A stretch of 64,000 bases of DNA from Dipteris shenzhenensis. Taxonomy: Eukaryota. The stretch is from NCBI GenBank assembly GCA_047967505.1, contig CM106538.1. One strand, written 5' to 3'. A program made the translations under genes and the position numbers. The notes under the pieces were generated by a model. It saw nothing but the letters and a program-made list of their open reading frames with translations. It did no database searches and had not been told where the DNA came from. Positions within the stretch are counted from its first letter, which is position 1. Each line of letters begins with the position of its first letter. Shown one piece after another: positions 1-13,170 of this stretch.

Positions 1-71
1 TTGTGTCAGGTTCTCTTGCACGAGATTGATTGCTCATTGCATGAGGTCTGAGTGTCCTTGGGAGTAACACA

Positions 72-699
72 TGTTAGAGACTCACTGTTCCCACCTATGA
101 GCCCCCATTTTGTGGGGACAAGGGGCAGTGAGGGTAAGATGGGATGGGAAAAGAGAGACTCAGCAAACAGTAGCATTTTGGGGGGGCTCCATGCCTACCT
201 AGAAGCAAAGGACTGGCTGCATAGGGCGCCCTTTTATAGGGCCCTATTGCAGGACCAGTCAGTCCCAACCAGGGCCACCGACCAGGGCCCGTTTTATTGA
301 CTGACCTGGTCAGTCCCCAGTCAGGGAACCGACCCTGCTGGTCGGCGGTCAGACCAACAGGCCTGGGCAGTGCCTATAAAAGGCCCTCACTTCCCTTCAT
401 TTCAGTCATCTAGTGCAGGACAGAAAGCCTATAATTTGGGCTGTGCTGTGCACTCAGACTTGGCATCTTCTGACAGAGAGAATTTCTACAGTTTGTCTCA
501 GCACTTGGCTGAGTTTTGTATTGCTCTCCTGGAGCCAGTTTTCTGCCCACCATCCGGTGGATGAATATATTCTCTCTCTGCCTAAGTTTTCTCTGAGTGA
601 GTATTGTATCTGTGATCAGTTATCTGAGTTGAGTGTTGCTAGAGTGGGAGAGGTCTTGGCTGGAGGTTAGAGTGATTCTTTCCTTTCTGTTTTTTAACA
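72..699 (+). repeat. 5' LTR of copia element
   Basis: Direct repeat of 4942-5553; TATA-like CCTATAAAA near 373; followed by PBS. Confidence 0.95.
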
Positions 700-863
700 T
701 GGTATCAGAGCCATAGGCTCCCGACTCTTCCTCATCAATATCACTCTCTGAAGGAAGGAGTTCCTTGGCTGTAAGGCAACTCTGTTTTCAGCTCAGTTCA
801 GTACAGAAGGTCAGTTCATTTATTTCTGTTTCAGTTTTTCAAGTTCTGAAGCTATTCACCGAG

Positions 864-3800
864 ATGGATCAGCGATCAAAAGCCTCTACATCCATTGCTC
901 GTCCTTCCTCCTTCTCCAGTCATCTTCCTTCTTCATTTATCCCTAATTTCAGTGAAGCTAGAAAGCTTGATGGTACAAACTTTCCAATCTGGAAAGTCAA
1001 GATTCAAAGCCATCTGTTGGCACGGAAGTTGTGGAAGATTGTCAATGGTAATGAAGAAAAGCCGGAGGATATTGTGGACAAGAGAGGTGAAGTTCTAGCT
1101 GAAGCAGATGCAGATGAACTCTGTGCATGGGAGGAGAGGGATGCTCAGGCCTTAGCAATGCTTATAGGCACGACAGCAAATTCTGTTATTCCTCATATCC
1201 AGTTGGCAGAAACGTCTTCAGAGGCGTGGACCATACTGAAGGAGTTGTATGAAACCGATAATACAGCTCATATCATCACATTGCAGCATCAGCTTTATAA
1301 CCTTGATATGAATGAGGGTGACAGTGTTCATGATCATCTGACGAAGGTGAAAGTTGTGCGGGACCAACTCGCAGCGGTTGGTCAGAAGGTGGACTCGAGT
1401 CAATTAGCATTACTCACACTCCACAAGTTGCCACGGAGTTTCAAAAGTTTTGTGACTATGGTCACTGCGGGTCAACGGACGAAGCCAATCAACTTTGAGG
1501 AGCTCTGTCCACTCCTACTTCAGGAGGAGGCCCGAGAGAAACTCTTTACGCAAAATGACAAAAAGGCATTGGTTGCCAAAGACAAGCCTGGCAAAGGCAA
1601 GTCAAAGAATTCCAAGAAATCAGAGGACGCTGAACGTAAGAAGAAAATGAAGTGCTTTTACTATGAAAAGCTTGGCCACTCTGCCAAAGAATGCCGGAAG
1701 AAGAAGGCGGATCAAAAGCGGAAAAGAGAAGCCAAAAACAAAGAAGAGCCTAAGAGTGATTCTGCCAATGTGACAACTGGTCAGTTATTCTTACTCAGTG
1801 AACATTGTTCAGCTTATGCAGTTAGTGAAGGAAAAGAAGGTTGGTATGTTGACAGTGGTGCTTCTAAGCACATGTCCAACAGAAGGACGTGGTTCAAAAC
1901 CATGGACAGTACACACCCGGATTCCAAAGTTTCTATTGGGGATAGCCGGACATGTCCTGTGAAGGGCATAGGTAGCATTCCTTTCATTACCACGGCAGGT
2001 GAGGAGAAGGATATCTCTGGAGTACTTTATGTACCCGACCTTTGCAAGAATTTACTATCTGTAAGTCAGATGGACAAAAACAACATGGCAGTTCTTTTCC
2101 AAGATGGCAAGGTCACCGTGACATCCAAAGGGAGTGGGCAAGTGGTAGCACAGGGTGTTGAAGAGAATGGACTATACCGTCTCAGTGCAATGTTGGTTCA
2201 TGATGTTCACGGAAAGTCCAAACTTTGGCATGAGTGCTTCGGTCACGTCAGCTATGGAATCTTGGTTGAAATGTCAAAGTCAAAGATGGTGGATGGACTT
2301 CCACCAATTACAGGCAAGGATGATGTCTGTAGGGCTTGTCTTGAAGGCAAGTAGCACAGGGATAAGTTCCCACAAGAAGCTTCATTTCGGGCCAGCAAAC
2401 CACTTGAGTTGGTTCACGCCGACATTTGTGGTCCAATGTCTACTGCATCATGGGCAGGATCCAGGTATTCCCTTCTCTTTGTGGATGATTTCAGTAGAAT
2501 GACTTGGGTATATTGTTTGGCTAAAAAGTCTCAGGCTTTTGAGAAATTCAAAGACTGGAAGGTTAGAGTTGAAAAGGAGACAGGGGAAGATGTCAAGACA
2601 TTTCGCACAGACAGGGGGGGAGAATTCACCTCAAGTGAGTTTAATACATATTGTCGCAAGCATGGGATCAAGCGACAACTCACCACGGCACATACTTCTC
2701 AGCAAAACGGGGTAGCCGAGAGAAAGCATAGAACCACCACTGAGACAGGGCTTGCTATGCTCCGAGGGAGAAATCTTTCTAAAGCCTATTGGAGTGAAGC
2801 TATCAATACAGCGGTACACATTCTCGACCGTACCAAGACGAAGGCCGTCAAGGACAAGACTCCATATGAGGCATTTTATGGTAAGAAGCCCTCTATTTCT
2901 CATCTCCGCATTTTTGGTTTTAACGCGTGGGTGCATGTGCCCAAGGAAGATAGGACCAAGCTTGATTCCCGAAGCAGACCATGTATCTTTGTTGGGTATA
3001 GTGAAGAATCCAAGGCTACCGCCTCTTCGATCTAGTAAAGAAGCAAATACTCATCAGTCGTGATGTTGTCTTCGCGGAAAAAGAACCTGAACCCCAGGAG
3101 GAGCCTCAAATTGAGGAGGAGGAGATTGTTCAACCCCCGATCCCACCCCGTCCCAGATTGACCATTCAAGAGGTTACCCAATCAAAAGCTGATATTCCAC
3201 CCGATACACAGGAAGAGCAGGATGTTCCCGCAGAGGTTCCCATTCCTCCTCCCACAGAGAAGCAGAAAAAGTTGCCCCAATGGTACCTCCGGACATTGGA
3301 AGAGTCTCATGTCACCTCGTTACCTGAGAGTAGCAGTTCTGGATTGCGTCGATCTCAACGTCTTCAAAAGACCCCATCCGTGAATGTTGCTTTGGTGGCT
3401 CAGATTGTTGAGCCAAGGACCTTCGCGGAGGCGAAAGACAATCCCGAATAGCAGGCTACCATGCAGGCAGAGATGGATGCTATTCTGAAGAACCATACAT
3501 GGGACTTAGTGGCCAGGCCCCTTCGACGGAAAGTCATCGGAACTAAGTGGGTATACAAACTCAAATACAAATCTGACGGCAGCTTGGATAAGTATAAAGC
3601 CAGGTTGGTTGTGAAAGGTTTTGCTCAAACTGAAGGCATGGATTTTGATGAAACTTTTGCTCCCACAGCCTGCATGGTTACTATCCGGACAGTGATTGCC
3701 CTTGCTACCCATTTCCAGTGGCCTATTTTTCAAATGGATGTGAAGTCTGCATTCCTTAATGGAACCCTGGAGGAGGAGGTATATGTGGACCAGCCACCGG

Positions 3801-4928
3801 GCTTTCAGGATCCAGTGTCCCCATTAAAGGTCTGTAGGTTGAAGAAGGCGTTATACGGGCTGAAACAGAGGCCCCCAGAGCTTGGTACCAAAGGATTGAT
3901 ATATTCTTTTAGAAGATTGGGCTCAGTCGGAGTCCTTCTGAGGCAAACCTTTACTTGTTCATTGAGAAGGGATTGCGATTGGTACTCATCCTCTATGTTG
4001 ATGATCTTATCTTGACAGGTGATCATGTCAAGAAGATTTCACAGGTCAAGGAGCTACTCATGTCTGAGTTTGAGATGACTGGGTTAGTACATTACTTCCT
4101 TGGGATTAAAGTAAAGCAAGCTAAAGACAGGATTTTCATTTCCCAGGAGAAATACTGCAGAGAAATTCTGAAGAGATTTCAGATGGAGGATTGCAGAACA
4201 GCATTTACTCCCATGGAGGTCGGGCTGAAGCTAAGTGCTCACGACACATCTCAGCTAGTTGATACTCTTTTGTATCGACGATTGGTAGGAAGTTTGCTTT
4301 ACCTTACCAATACGCGCCCAGATATTTGCTATGCAGTTGGGTTATTATGTCAGTTTTCTGCTTCTCCCAGGAAGAATCATTGGAATGCAGGTTTACATGT
4401 GCTGAGGTATTTGAAGGGTACTTGCACCTTTGGGATCAGCTACACCAAAGGCATTGAACTAGGCGGGTTCTGTGACAGTGATTGGGCAGGTGATGTGGAC
4501 ACCAGAAGGTCGACAACAGGATATTGTTTCTACTTGCATCTGGAGCCATCTCTTGGCTAAGTAAGAAGCAACCCACAGTATCTCTTTCATCTACAGAGGC
4601 AGAGTACAGAGCCGCGTGTACAGCCACTTGTGAGACATTGTGGTTGCGGTGGATTCTGGAGGACATGGATGTGTGTTAGGAGAATGCGACAGTGCTGATG
4701 TGCGACAATCAGAGTTGCATAGCTATTGCAAAGAATCCAATGTACCATGCGCGGACCAAACACATCGAAGTTCATTATCATTTTGTTCGAGAGCTCATCA
4801 TCGACGACGTGATAGAGCTTATCTACTGCCCGACCGCCGACAATTTGTCCGACCTTTTCACGAAGGCACTCCCTCGAGAACAGATGGAGCACCTCATCAA
4901 ACGCATGGGGATTGGCCCACAGTTGTGA
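864..4928 (+). pseudogene. Copia gag-pol polyprotein with a few lesions
   Basis: LDGTNF..WK gag start; knuckle CFYYEKLGHSAKEC (C>Y); protease WYVDSGAS; integrase VHADICGP, RTDRGGEF, QNGVAER; RT QMDVKSAFL, YGLKQ, LYVDD; RH CDSDWAGD, CDNQS, HIEVHYHF. In-frame TAG at 2352 and 3449; frameshifts near 3018, 3869 and 4540. Confidence 0.93.
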
Positions 4929-4941
4929 CATTGAGGGGGGG

Positions 4942-5553
4942 TGTTAGAGACTCACTGTTCCCACCTGTGAGCCCCCGTTTTGTGGGGACAAGGGGTAGTG
5001 AGGGTAAGATGGGATGGGAAAAGAGAGACTCAGCAAACAACAGCATTTTGGGGTGGCTCCATGCCTACCTAGAAGCAAAGGACTGGCTGCACAGGGCGCC
5101 CTTTTATAGGGCCCTGTTGCAAGACCAGTCGGTCCACCAACCAGGGCCACCGACCAGGGCCGACTGACTAACCTGGTCGGTCAGGGAACCGACCCTGCTG
5201 GTCAGTCAGACCAACAGGCCTGGACAGTGCCTATAAAAGGCCCTCACTTCCCTTCATTTCAGTCATCCAGTGCAAGACAGAAAGCCTCTGATTTGGGCTG
5301 TGCTGTGCACTCAGACTTGGCATCTTCTGACAGAGAGAATTTCTACAGTTTGTCTCAGCACTTGGCTGAGTTTTGTATTGCTCTCCTGGAGCCAGTTTTC
5401 TGCCCACCATCCGGTGGATGAATATATTCTCTCTGCCTAAGTTTTCTCTGAGTGAGTATTGTATCTGTGATCAATTATCTGAGTTGAGTGTTGCTAGAGT
5501 GGGAGAGGTCTTGGCTGGAGGTTAGAGTGATTCTTTCCTTCTGTTTTTTAACA
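4942..5553 (+). repeat. 3' LTR of copia element
   Basis: Follows PPT; matches 72-699 with a few substitutions and small indels. Confidence 0.95.
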
Positions 5554-5558
5554 ACACA

Positions 5559-6440
5559 TGTCCCTTTGGTTCAAAGTCCTTCCTTTGGTTTGCATTTGTT
5601 CCAGTGCAGTGCATAGGGTAGACAATCAATTAGCAATCATTGTGTTCTAGCATGCTGTCAAGGTCAAGAGTGGTATATGCCCGATCTTCTAAGAGATGAA
5701 TCGAAGAACACGTCGCATCACGTTTGCCATTTCAAGAAAAGTCTCTACGGCTTAAAGCAAGCACTCAAAAGTTGGTATAGCAGAATCGACAAGTATTTTG
5801 CTAATCTGGAGATACATGAAGTCCAATACAGATCATACTCTCTACTACTAAGTTCAAGGGGAAGACATTACTATTGCACTTTTGTACATAGATGATCTAA
5901 TTATGACCGGAAGCAAGGATAGCTTCATCAAAAAGCTAAAACAAGACTTATTTGTAGAGTTCGACATGAAAGATCTTGGACTTGTGCACTATTGTCTTGG
6001 AATTGAGTTCTGGAGAGATTCAGACAACATCTTTATGAGTCATCTCAAATATGTTGACAGTCTCCTATAGAAGTTTCATATGCAGATTGTAAGATTGCAA
6101 CCACTCCCATGGAATAGAGTTTGAAACTTACAAAACATTCAGAAAAGCCTAGGTAATGACAAGTACTATAGGTAGCTCATCGGATCTTTTATATATCTGA
6201 CTATCACACAGCCAGATATTTGTTATATGCTCAGTCCTTCTTTGATTCCCCAGAATCGTCATCTTGAGGGAAGGCCTAGTTCATGATGTTGATCTTGAGG
6301 GAAGGTGTTGAGATAATATCAGCTCAACATCATGTGATCATATGTGCATAGCACTAACCCAATAGAGTGCTATAAAGGAAAGGGTTATATTCCCTAACCC
6401 TAACCCTAAAAGGATTTGTATATATTATACATTTTCAACC
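5559..6440 (+). mobile_element. Older copia remnant (RT fragment, PPT and possible short 3' LTR) that hosts the 72-5553 insertion
   Basis: VCHFKKSLYGLKQALKSWY, LYIDDLIMTG, FDMKDLGLVHYCLGI; TGAGGGAAGG followed by TGTTGA at about 6306. Confidence 0.75.
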
Positions 6441-6658
6441 AAATCTAGTGTATAGTTAGTCATTTGTGGTGTGCTCTCTAGCTGTGCCCTCTTTCCTCAT
6501 CTCCACTCTTCTCCTCTCCCCTCTTCATATTGTGTCAGACCCTTTCTTTCTCAGTGCACTACTTCTATACAGACTCCTGCCCACTCTCCCCTCTATATTC
6601 ACTCATCTACTCACAGATTTCTTCCACCTTCACACTCCTCTCCTATTATCCTATGCAT

Positions 6659-7500
6659 GGATGAAGGGAGGCATGTGCATGAGAAAGATGCAGCCAGCAT
6701 GCCTCCACTTGAAGAACCTCGAGGAGAAGAGGGTAATGAGATTGATTTTGGGGAAGACATCCTCGTGACAAAGGGGCAACACGTAGAGCTGAAGGCATTT
6801 GGTGAGACACAAATGAAGGAACTCAAGGACCTATTTGCAGCCCAAGAAGTGTACCTCAAGACCCAAACTCAAAAATGTATGCTACTACAAGCCATAGTTA
6901 CAGGCTTGGCAGTGGGAGCTAGAGGGAATGTACCCTGGCGCCATCCTTTTACACTTTAGACCTTCACAGGTGAGAAAGAGTGTATGCTATTGAGTGCATT
7001 GGTGCATGGCTTTAACCAATGGCAGATACACTTCTCCTTCCATACTTTTTTCAATGCATTTAAGATTCAAATGACACAAGGGATGATGAAGGGCAAAGCA
7101 TTAGCTTGGCAGTGTGAATTAAAGGAGAAACTGAAAACGTGGGCTGACTTTGAAAGAGTATTTAGAGAAGAATTCCTTCAACCAGAAGATGAGTTTGATC
7201 TTAAATATGGAAATGTTGCCATGTGATGCTGAGAAATCTGCAATCCAAAGCTTTGTATAAAGATTGTACTACCTTATAAAAATAATCTGGTAAAAGAACA
7301 TAAGGTACATGTGAAGAACAATCGTCATAGCCAAAACCTAGAGGATGCTATTGGATACACAAGGATCTACGATGATAGCATGGCTGAGGGAAGTTCTTCA
7401 CAAAAATCTTAGTCTATCATAGGTTCCAAGCAAAATAACTTTAGACGAAAACATTGCTTCTGTTCTACAAGAGCTACGTAGACTCAAGCCTCAAGCCCTT
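6659..7500 (+). pseudogene. Degenerate Ty3/gypsy gag
   Basis: GKALAWQ...TWADFERVFREEF resembles the Retrotrans_gag motif; several stops and frameshifts. Confidence 0.55.
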
Positions 7501-7993
7501 TAGAGACCGACTACAAAGCAGGTTAAGATAGCGGAGCAAACCCTTTACTATGTGAAGGAGGGTCTTTGCTTGTGGTAGTCCTAGTTGTGACTCACGTGTC
7601 ATGGGGAAGTTCACCAACACACCGAGGGCACTCCCTCCTCAACTCCCATGAGGAGGAGAAATGCATAGCTTGTCCACTTGTGTCAATCAAACGGCTTCCG
7701 GATTGTTGCAATCTGACTCCACGACGAGAGGAAGAGAGGGAGGGGAGAAGGGAGAAGGGAGAAGGGAGAAGGGAGAAGAGAGGGGGAAGGTAGGGCAAGA
7801 GGGAAATCAGGAAGGGAAGAAGGGGGAGAGGGAGTGGCAATCACAAGGGCACCATGAAAGAACACGAGAACTCAAGACAATTCATGTAAGAGAGAAAGAG
7901 AGCTTGTATTCCAAATGTGTGCATTTAACAATGATGACCAAAGTCAAACCTTTGGCTATTTATACATTCCACCTTTTGAACGCTAGTCTTTCT

Positions 7994-7996
<3 letters not shown>

Positions 7997-8055
<59 letters not shown>
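7997..8055. repeat. (CT)n microsatellite
   Basis: Uninterrupted CT run. Confidence 0.95.
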
Positions 8056-8058
<3 letters not shown>

Positions 8059-9004
8059 TTACTACAAGACACTTGGGCCCATATAGCTCCAAGGCATATT
8101 TTTATTGTCTACCTCTCATCCTCTCCCTCTTCTCGACACTATCTTCCAAATTTGATTTTGTCTTCTAGAAACCTTAAACCATTTGGAGATCTTCTTTAAG
8201 GGTGTTGTTCATGATTCGGTGATAGTTGAAGAGCCTTTAGGAGATGCAATAAAATGGATGAAGAGGCTTCCAAAAGTGTGTGTCAACCATATCCTCGAAG
8301 GTCTTAATGTGATGACCATAAAAATTGTGGACACATAAGTATAGGCACATAATCTGGGAACTTTGAGGACCGGTGTTGAGGTGGAACTTTGAGTGAAGAT
8401 TCTCTTCCATTGTGGACTCTTGTGTAGGGATGTCCCATAAAAAATGATGAGCAAGCAGGAAAAATGCATTGTCACCGCTACTACTAGATCAAGGACAGTC
8501 ACAAAAGTGTTGTAAAATTCCTCCATTTGTGCAGCGAGAGCATAGGAGGTACACACCGTTAGAAAATCTAGCTGTGGAAAGTTGTAAACAGTGTTGGGAT
8601 CAGTACTTCAGAATATTTCTAGGTCAGTACTTCAAAATCTTTCCACGACCAGCTTCTTCGAAGAGGTATATAAGTCAGGTCAACTCATCGGTCTCGACCT
8701 CTACTTAGCAATAAGTGTGCCAAACGCCTTGTGCTTTAAAAATGGTAGCCACCATTGAGGGTGGAGCCCCACTTCCTTATCTGTCTTGTGCACTTTCTTT
8801 ATATGCAGGCGGTTATAGCCACCATGTGTTTGTTGAGGGTTTTCCTTGCACCACTTGCAAAAACTTCTTTAAAGGAGCTCATTCAAGGCACAGAATTCCA
8901 TTAGATCCTTACAACGATGACGGTTGAGTTGAAAACTTTAGAGCTTTCCCGGCCACCTCTTTATGTCTAAAATATCTTCAATGACCCTAAAGGATGTGAT
9001 CACT

Positions 9005-10380
9005 TGGTACCAGGTGTTATGGTCGCGCAAGGGTTCCTACTACTAGGAGTCCTCTTCTTCGAGCAAAAAGAAATTTTTAAAGAAAGAAAAGGATAAAGAG
9101 TTCATAAAATATACAGTTATGCTCCAAAAAAATAGCTATATCTGTAGGTCTGCACATCTTGAATCATCCATGATGTAAAATCTCATAGGTGCAGATGGGG
9201 GCCCACACACGGATACCAAACTTTTGTTTGATGGGGACACTAGATGGAACAAAGCATCTAATCTAGGAGATCAAGATTAGGAGTCACATAATTGCATGTG
9301 GATTGTAGGATTAGCTAAAGGATGAGATCTAAAACTATTGCATATAAAGGATGCATTAGGGAAGGTAACCAAGGTAGTAAAACTAGATGACATAAAAGAA
9401 TGGATGCAAAAGGATGATTCATTGGCAATAAATATTAGGACAACTATAGATTTGGTGGTTTTGCACACTCAACAAGCAAACATCTCACTTGAGGCATGGA
9501 TGATCCTGAAAGACTTGTACGAGACATGAACACTCGTCACATCTCAATGCTCTAAAATAATCTATTCATTATGGATGAAAGAAGGTGACTAGGTGAGTGA
9601 CATAGTCAAAGTGTTAAAGGATCAACTCATTGTTGTTGTATTCTAAAAGGTGGATAGCACTCATTTGGCCATGTTTGTGTTGAGTAAGATGCCAAGGAAG
9701 CTCAATGGGATTGTGATGACAACCTTGATAGATAGAGAGGAATCAAAGTCATGAACCTTTTAGGAGCTTGGTCACTTGTTGCTCCGAGAGGAAGTGAGCC
9801 AGAGGCTACATGAGGATGATGGCAACGAGAAGGCATTCAACATATACTAAGGCAAAGGGAAGGGCAAGAAATAAAATGTAAATTAAGGAAAATTTCAAAG
9901 ATAAAAACTCTTTGTATGGAGATAGTAAGAAGAGAGGATGAGGGAAGGTGGTACTATTGTGACATGCTTGGATAGATGGCAAGAGATTGTTGGAAGAGAA
10001 AGGTTGATCAAAACAACAAATAGGAAGAAAATTCAAAGGGAGAAGAAACTCAAAAATATGCAGCTCATGTTGTTCAAGGTGGGTTATTCTTGGCATAAAT
10101 TTGGGGTGTGATAGTGCTCATGTCTAGTATAGAGCAATGGTTAGAAAATCTAGATCCCCCATAACATGAGGTGAACATTGTATGTTGCTAGAGCATGCTG
10201 AGGACAAGGCTATATCCCTCATAGAGACTAAGGGAGATGAAGTCCACTCTAAGATGGAATTTGGGTTAGTAAATTTCATTGATGGGAGTATTGGCTTTAA
10301 AACTCATAGGTGTTACTAATGGAAGTACTTCATTGAGGTACTTGGCTTGCTTTGAAAGTAAGCAAAAAAACCATGAGTAT
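9005..10380 (+). pseudogene. Degenerate copia gag plus shortened pol start, same gag family as 864 and 57123
   Basis: PBS-like TGGTACCAG at about 9005; LDGTK.., EAWMILKDLYET, KVLKDQL; later MSSIEQW and ACFESKQ. Confidence 0.7.
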
Positions 10381-10979
10381 GTAATCTATTTGTATTTATG
10401 TAATGGCTGCAGTAGTTTGTTATGTAGAAGAGACACAAACATATGATGCATACTAAAATAGGGATTGAAAATCCATATCTCCTTGTCATGTGTAAACCCT
10501 ATTGCTTGATAGATAGTATGTTGCATCACAATCATTGCTAACTCCACTTTAACAAAGCATGAATTTGCATATCCTTGCATCTCTTTTTCTAGCCAACATA
10601 TGACATAGTATGTATGAAACCTACTAGCTTTGCTTTAACAAGCATGACTTTGCACATCTTTGAATCTACTTTTCTTGCCAACATATGACATAGTAGGTAT
10701 GAAACTTGGTACATCCACAACTTGTACTCGATGCACCTTTTCTTCCACTCCTCTACCCATTTGCTCATGAATTCACAACACTTTATGGAAAATACTCATC
10801 AAAAGCACATATGTTTGCATATTGGGTATACGAAGTTGTAACTCTATCCCCACTTCTTCTAAACCAACATGTGTTTCACCCTATATCTTGCTAGTCATGG
10901 TAGCAAAATGTTTCAAGGCACCAAATGCCATGGCTCTTACTAGTCCTTTCTCTTTTGCATTTTTCTCATGTGTTTTGGT

Positions 10980-12690
10980 GCAGCTAGGAGACTATAACTT
11001 GGAATATCCTATATACGTTGCAAGTCACCAACTAAATTATGCAGAAATGAATTATATGACTACATAGAGGGAAGGCCTTGCAATGGTCTATGCTGTTAAG
11101 AAATTCCACCACTTGCTGGCAAACAAGTTTGTATTCTTCATGGGCCACCAGGCGCTTACAAGCCCTAGAGTATTAGACACATGAAGCAGTGGATGCTTAT
11201 CCTACTAGAATTTGATATCATCGTGGTAGTCTACAAGGGATGTACACACTTCATTGTAGATGATATGTACTAATGATGATCTCCTAGATGACCCGCTATT
11301 CCTTGTAGATTGACACCAAAATGGGCTCAAGATGTTGGTCATTTCTTGGCTAATGGGTTTTCGTAGGACATGGCCTTTAATAAAGACAGGGCCTAAAAAC
11401 TCATCAAGGATGCAATACATTATCAATTAATAGCCGGCCAATTATACCAAGTAGGTAAGGATGGAATAATGCATAGCTACGTCCACCATGAGGATGAAGA
11501 AACCCACTTGCGCATTGAACAAGGACACTTCCAGGAGAGCTCACAACCCATAAGGTACTATGAGCTAAATTATGGTCACCTAGTCTCTTTGCACGGATGC
11601 AGACAAATTTTGCAAGTGTTGCACCCTTACCAAAGAGCTTCCATACCTCACAATAAAGACTATATGCCCCTTAAAGTAGTCCGTACATACCAACCCTTTA
11701 AAAAATGGGGCATCAATTTTGTAGGACCTATCAATCTAGTAGCAAAAGGTATGCAAGCCCAATACATATCATGGTGATCAACTACTTCATCAAGTAAGAA
11801 AAAACCAAGGCAACTAGGAAGGATGATGCCAAGGTGATGACAAAATTCTTTTATGAGAATGTCATATCATGCTTTGGCATCCCACTAGAAATTGTAAGCA
11901 ACTAAGGGACTCACTTCATCAATAAAACAATTCACATCCTAATGAGTGAGATTCTAATAGTCCATAGAAAATTGTAGGCTCTATCTCATGGCTTTCGTAG
12001 GATGAGCAGGGTCTTAGGGTTCCAAGGCTTTTTTTCACCTACAGATATATTGGGCTACTCCACACACACATTCTATGCTACTTAAGTCCATGTTGACACA
12101 TAGTTAACAAAAATCCACTCCATACTATCCCACACTGACCGGCCAAGCCTAAAGCTCCAATAAAACTTTATGATTCATAATGAATTACATGGTAGAGGCT
12201 AGCCCGAAGTGACTGGGACACAAACTCATTGCTGCATTATGGGCATACCACACTGCATATTGGAAACCCTTTAGCCTCACATTTGGGGTAGAAAGAGTGA
12301 TGCCCATGGAGTTCATAGTGCCAAGCCTACTAAGGGTGGTAGTTCAAGATAGAATATCTAAAGAAGCTATCCCTAAGGTATTGATTGAGCTCAAGAAGCT
12401 TGATGAAACAAGGCTTAGGATGGCATATGGCATAAAACATGAAAAACTTTGCCAAAAATGATGGTTTGACCACAACATGAAGAATAAGGACCTTAGTGAA
12501 GGGGACCTTGCATTATTATACAATGTGAGGAATACTAAGTGAGCTTAAATATCATGGCATGGGTCTATATTGGTTGTAGAGATCACACCACAAGGTTCAT
12601 GCCACATTGCAACCATCGATGAAGTCCAAATGGATGGTTTTGTTAAGGAGCAAACTTAAACACTATTATGGCCCCTTGACACTCCAAGTC
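10980..12690 (+). pseudogene. Degenerate Ty3/gypsy RNase H and integrase
   Basis: YVASHQLNYAEMNYMTT*REGLAMVYAVKKFHH; PFKKWGINFVGPIN; EIVSN*GTHFIN; LWAYHTAY; C-terminal F(V)..SKLKHYY. Confidence 0.85.
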
Positions 12691-12839
12691 TTACAAGCCA
12701 TCCATCAAGAGAAAGAACTCAAAAAGAGGCTACCTACATGAAGAGGCAAGTAATCTAAGAGGCTCAAGCCCTCCATGCCAAAATGAATCAACTAGGGCTA
12801 ATAACTATTTATAAGGTAGCAATAGAAGGGCTAGACCCC

Positions 12840-13170
12840 CTTGTGAACTTCCGTGTCTACAAGGAAACAATCCACTTCGTTGAAGATTTTATGGACCTCA
12901 AAGCAAGCCATAACCTGATCTCATAGGAAGTATGCAACCAATTAATATCAAAGGTACCCCTTGAACCCGCTCTTGTACTTGTTGTAAGAGCCGTAAATGG
13001 TCAAGGCACACTGTAAATTGGATATATGGAGGTGAAAGTCTCGGTGAATAGCCATAGTGTGGCAAGACGTTCTATGTGATGCCCACAGGTGCCATTGCAA
13101 ACAGGTAATACTTGGTAGGACATGATGTTGGGCCATCAATTGCCAAATTGACTAATGCAAATGAACAACA
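12840..13170 (+). pseudogene. Retropepsin-like (aspartic protease) remnant downstream of integrase
   Basis: FMDLKASHNLIS*, RAVNGQG, TFYVM, VILGRT*CWAINCQID*. Confidence 0.65.

Larger units (their letters stand above)
72..5553 (+). mobile_element. Full-length Ty1/copia LTR retrotransposon, recently inactivated
   Basis: LTRs 72-699 and 4942-5553 (TG...CA); TSD ACACA at 67-71 and 5554-5558; PBS TGGTATCAGAGC 700-711; PPT GAGGGGGGG 4933-4941; gag-PR-INT-RT-RH order. Confidence 0.97.

Noticed and set aside
6381-6410. Telomere-like CCCTAA x3
   Set aside because: Only three units, inside an LTR-like remnant; too short to call an interstitial telomere.
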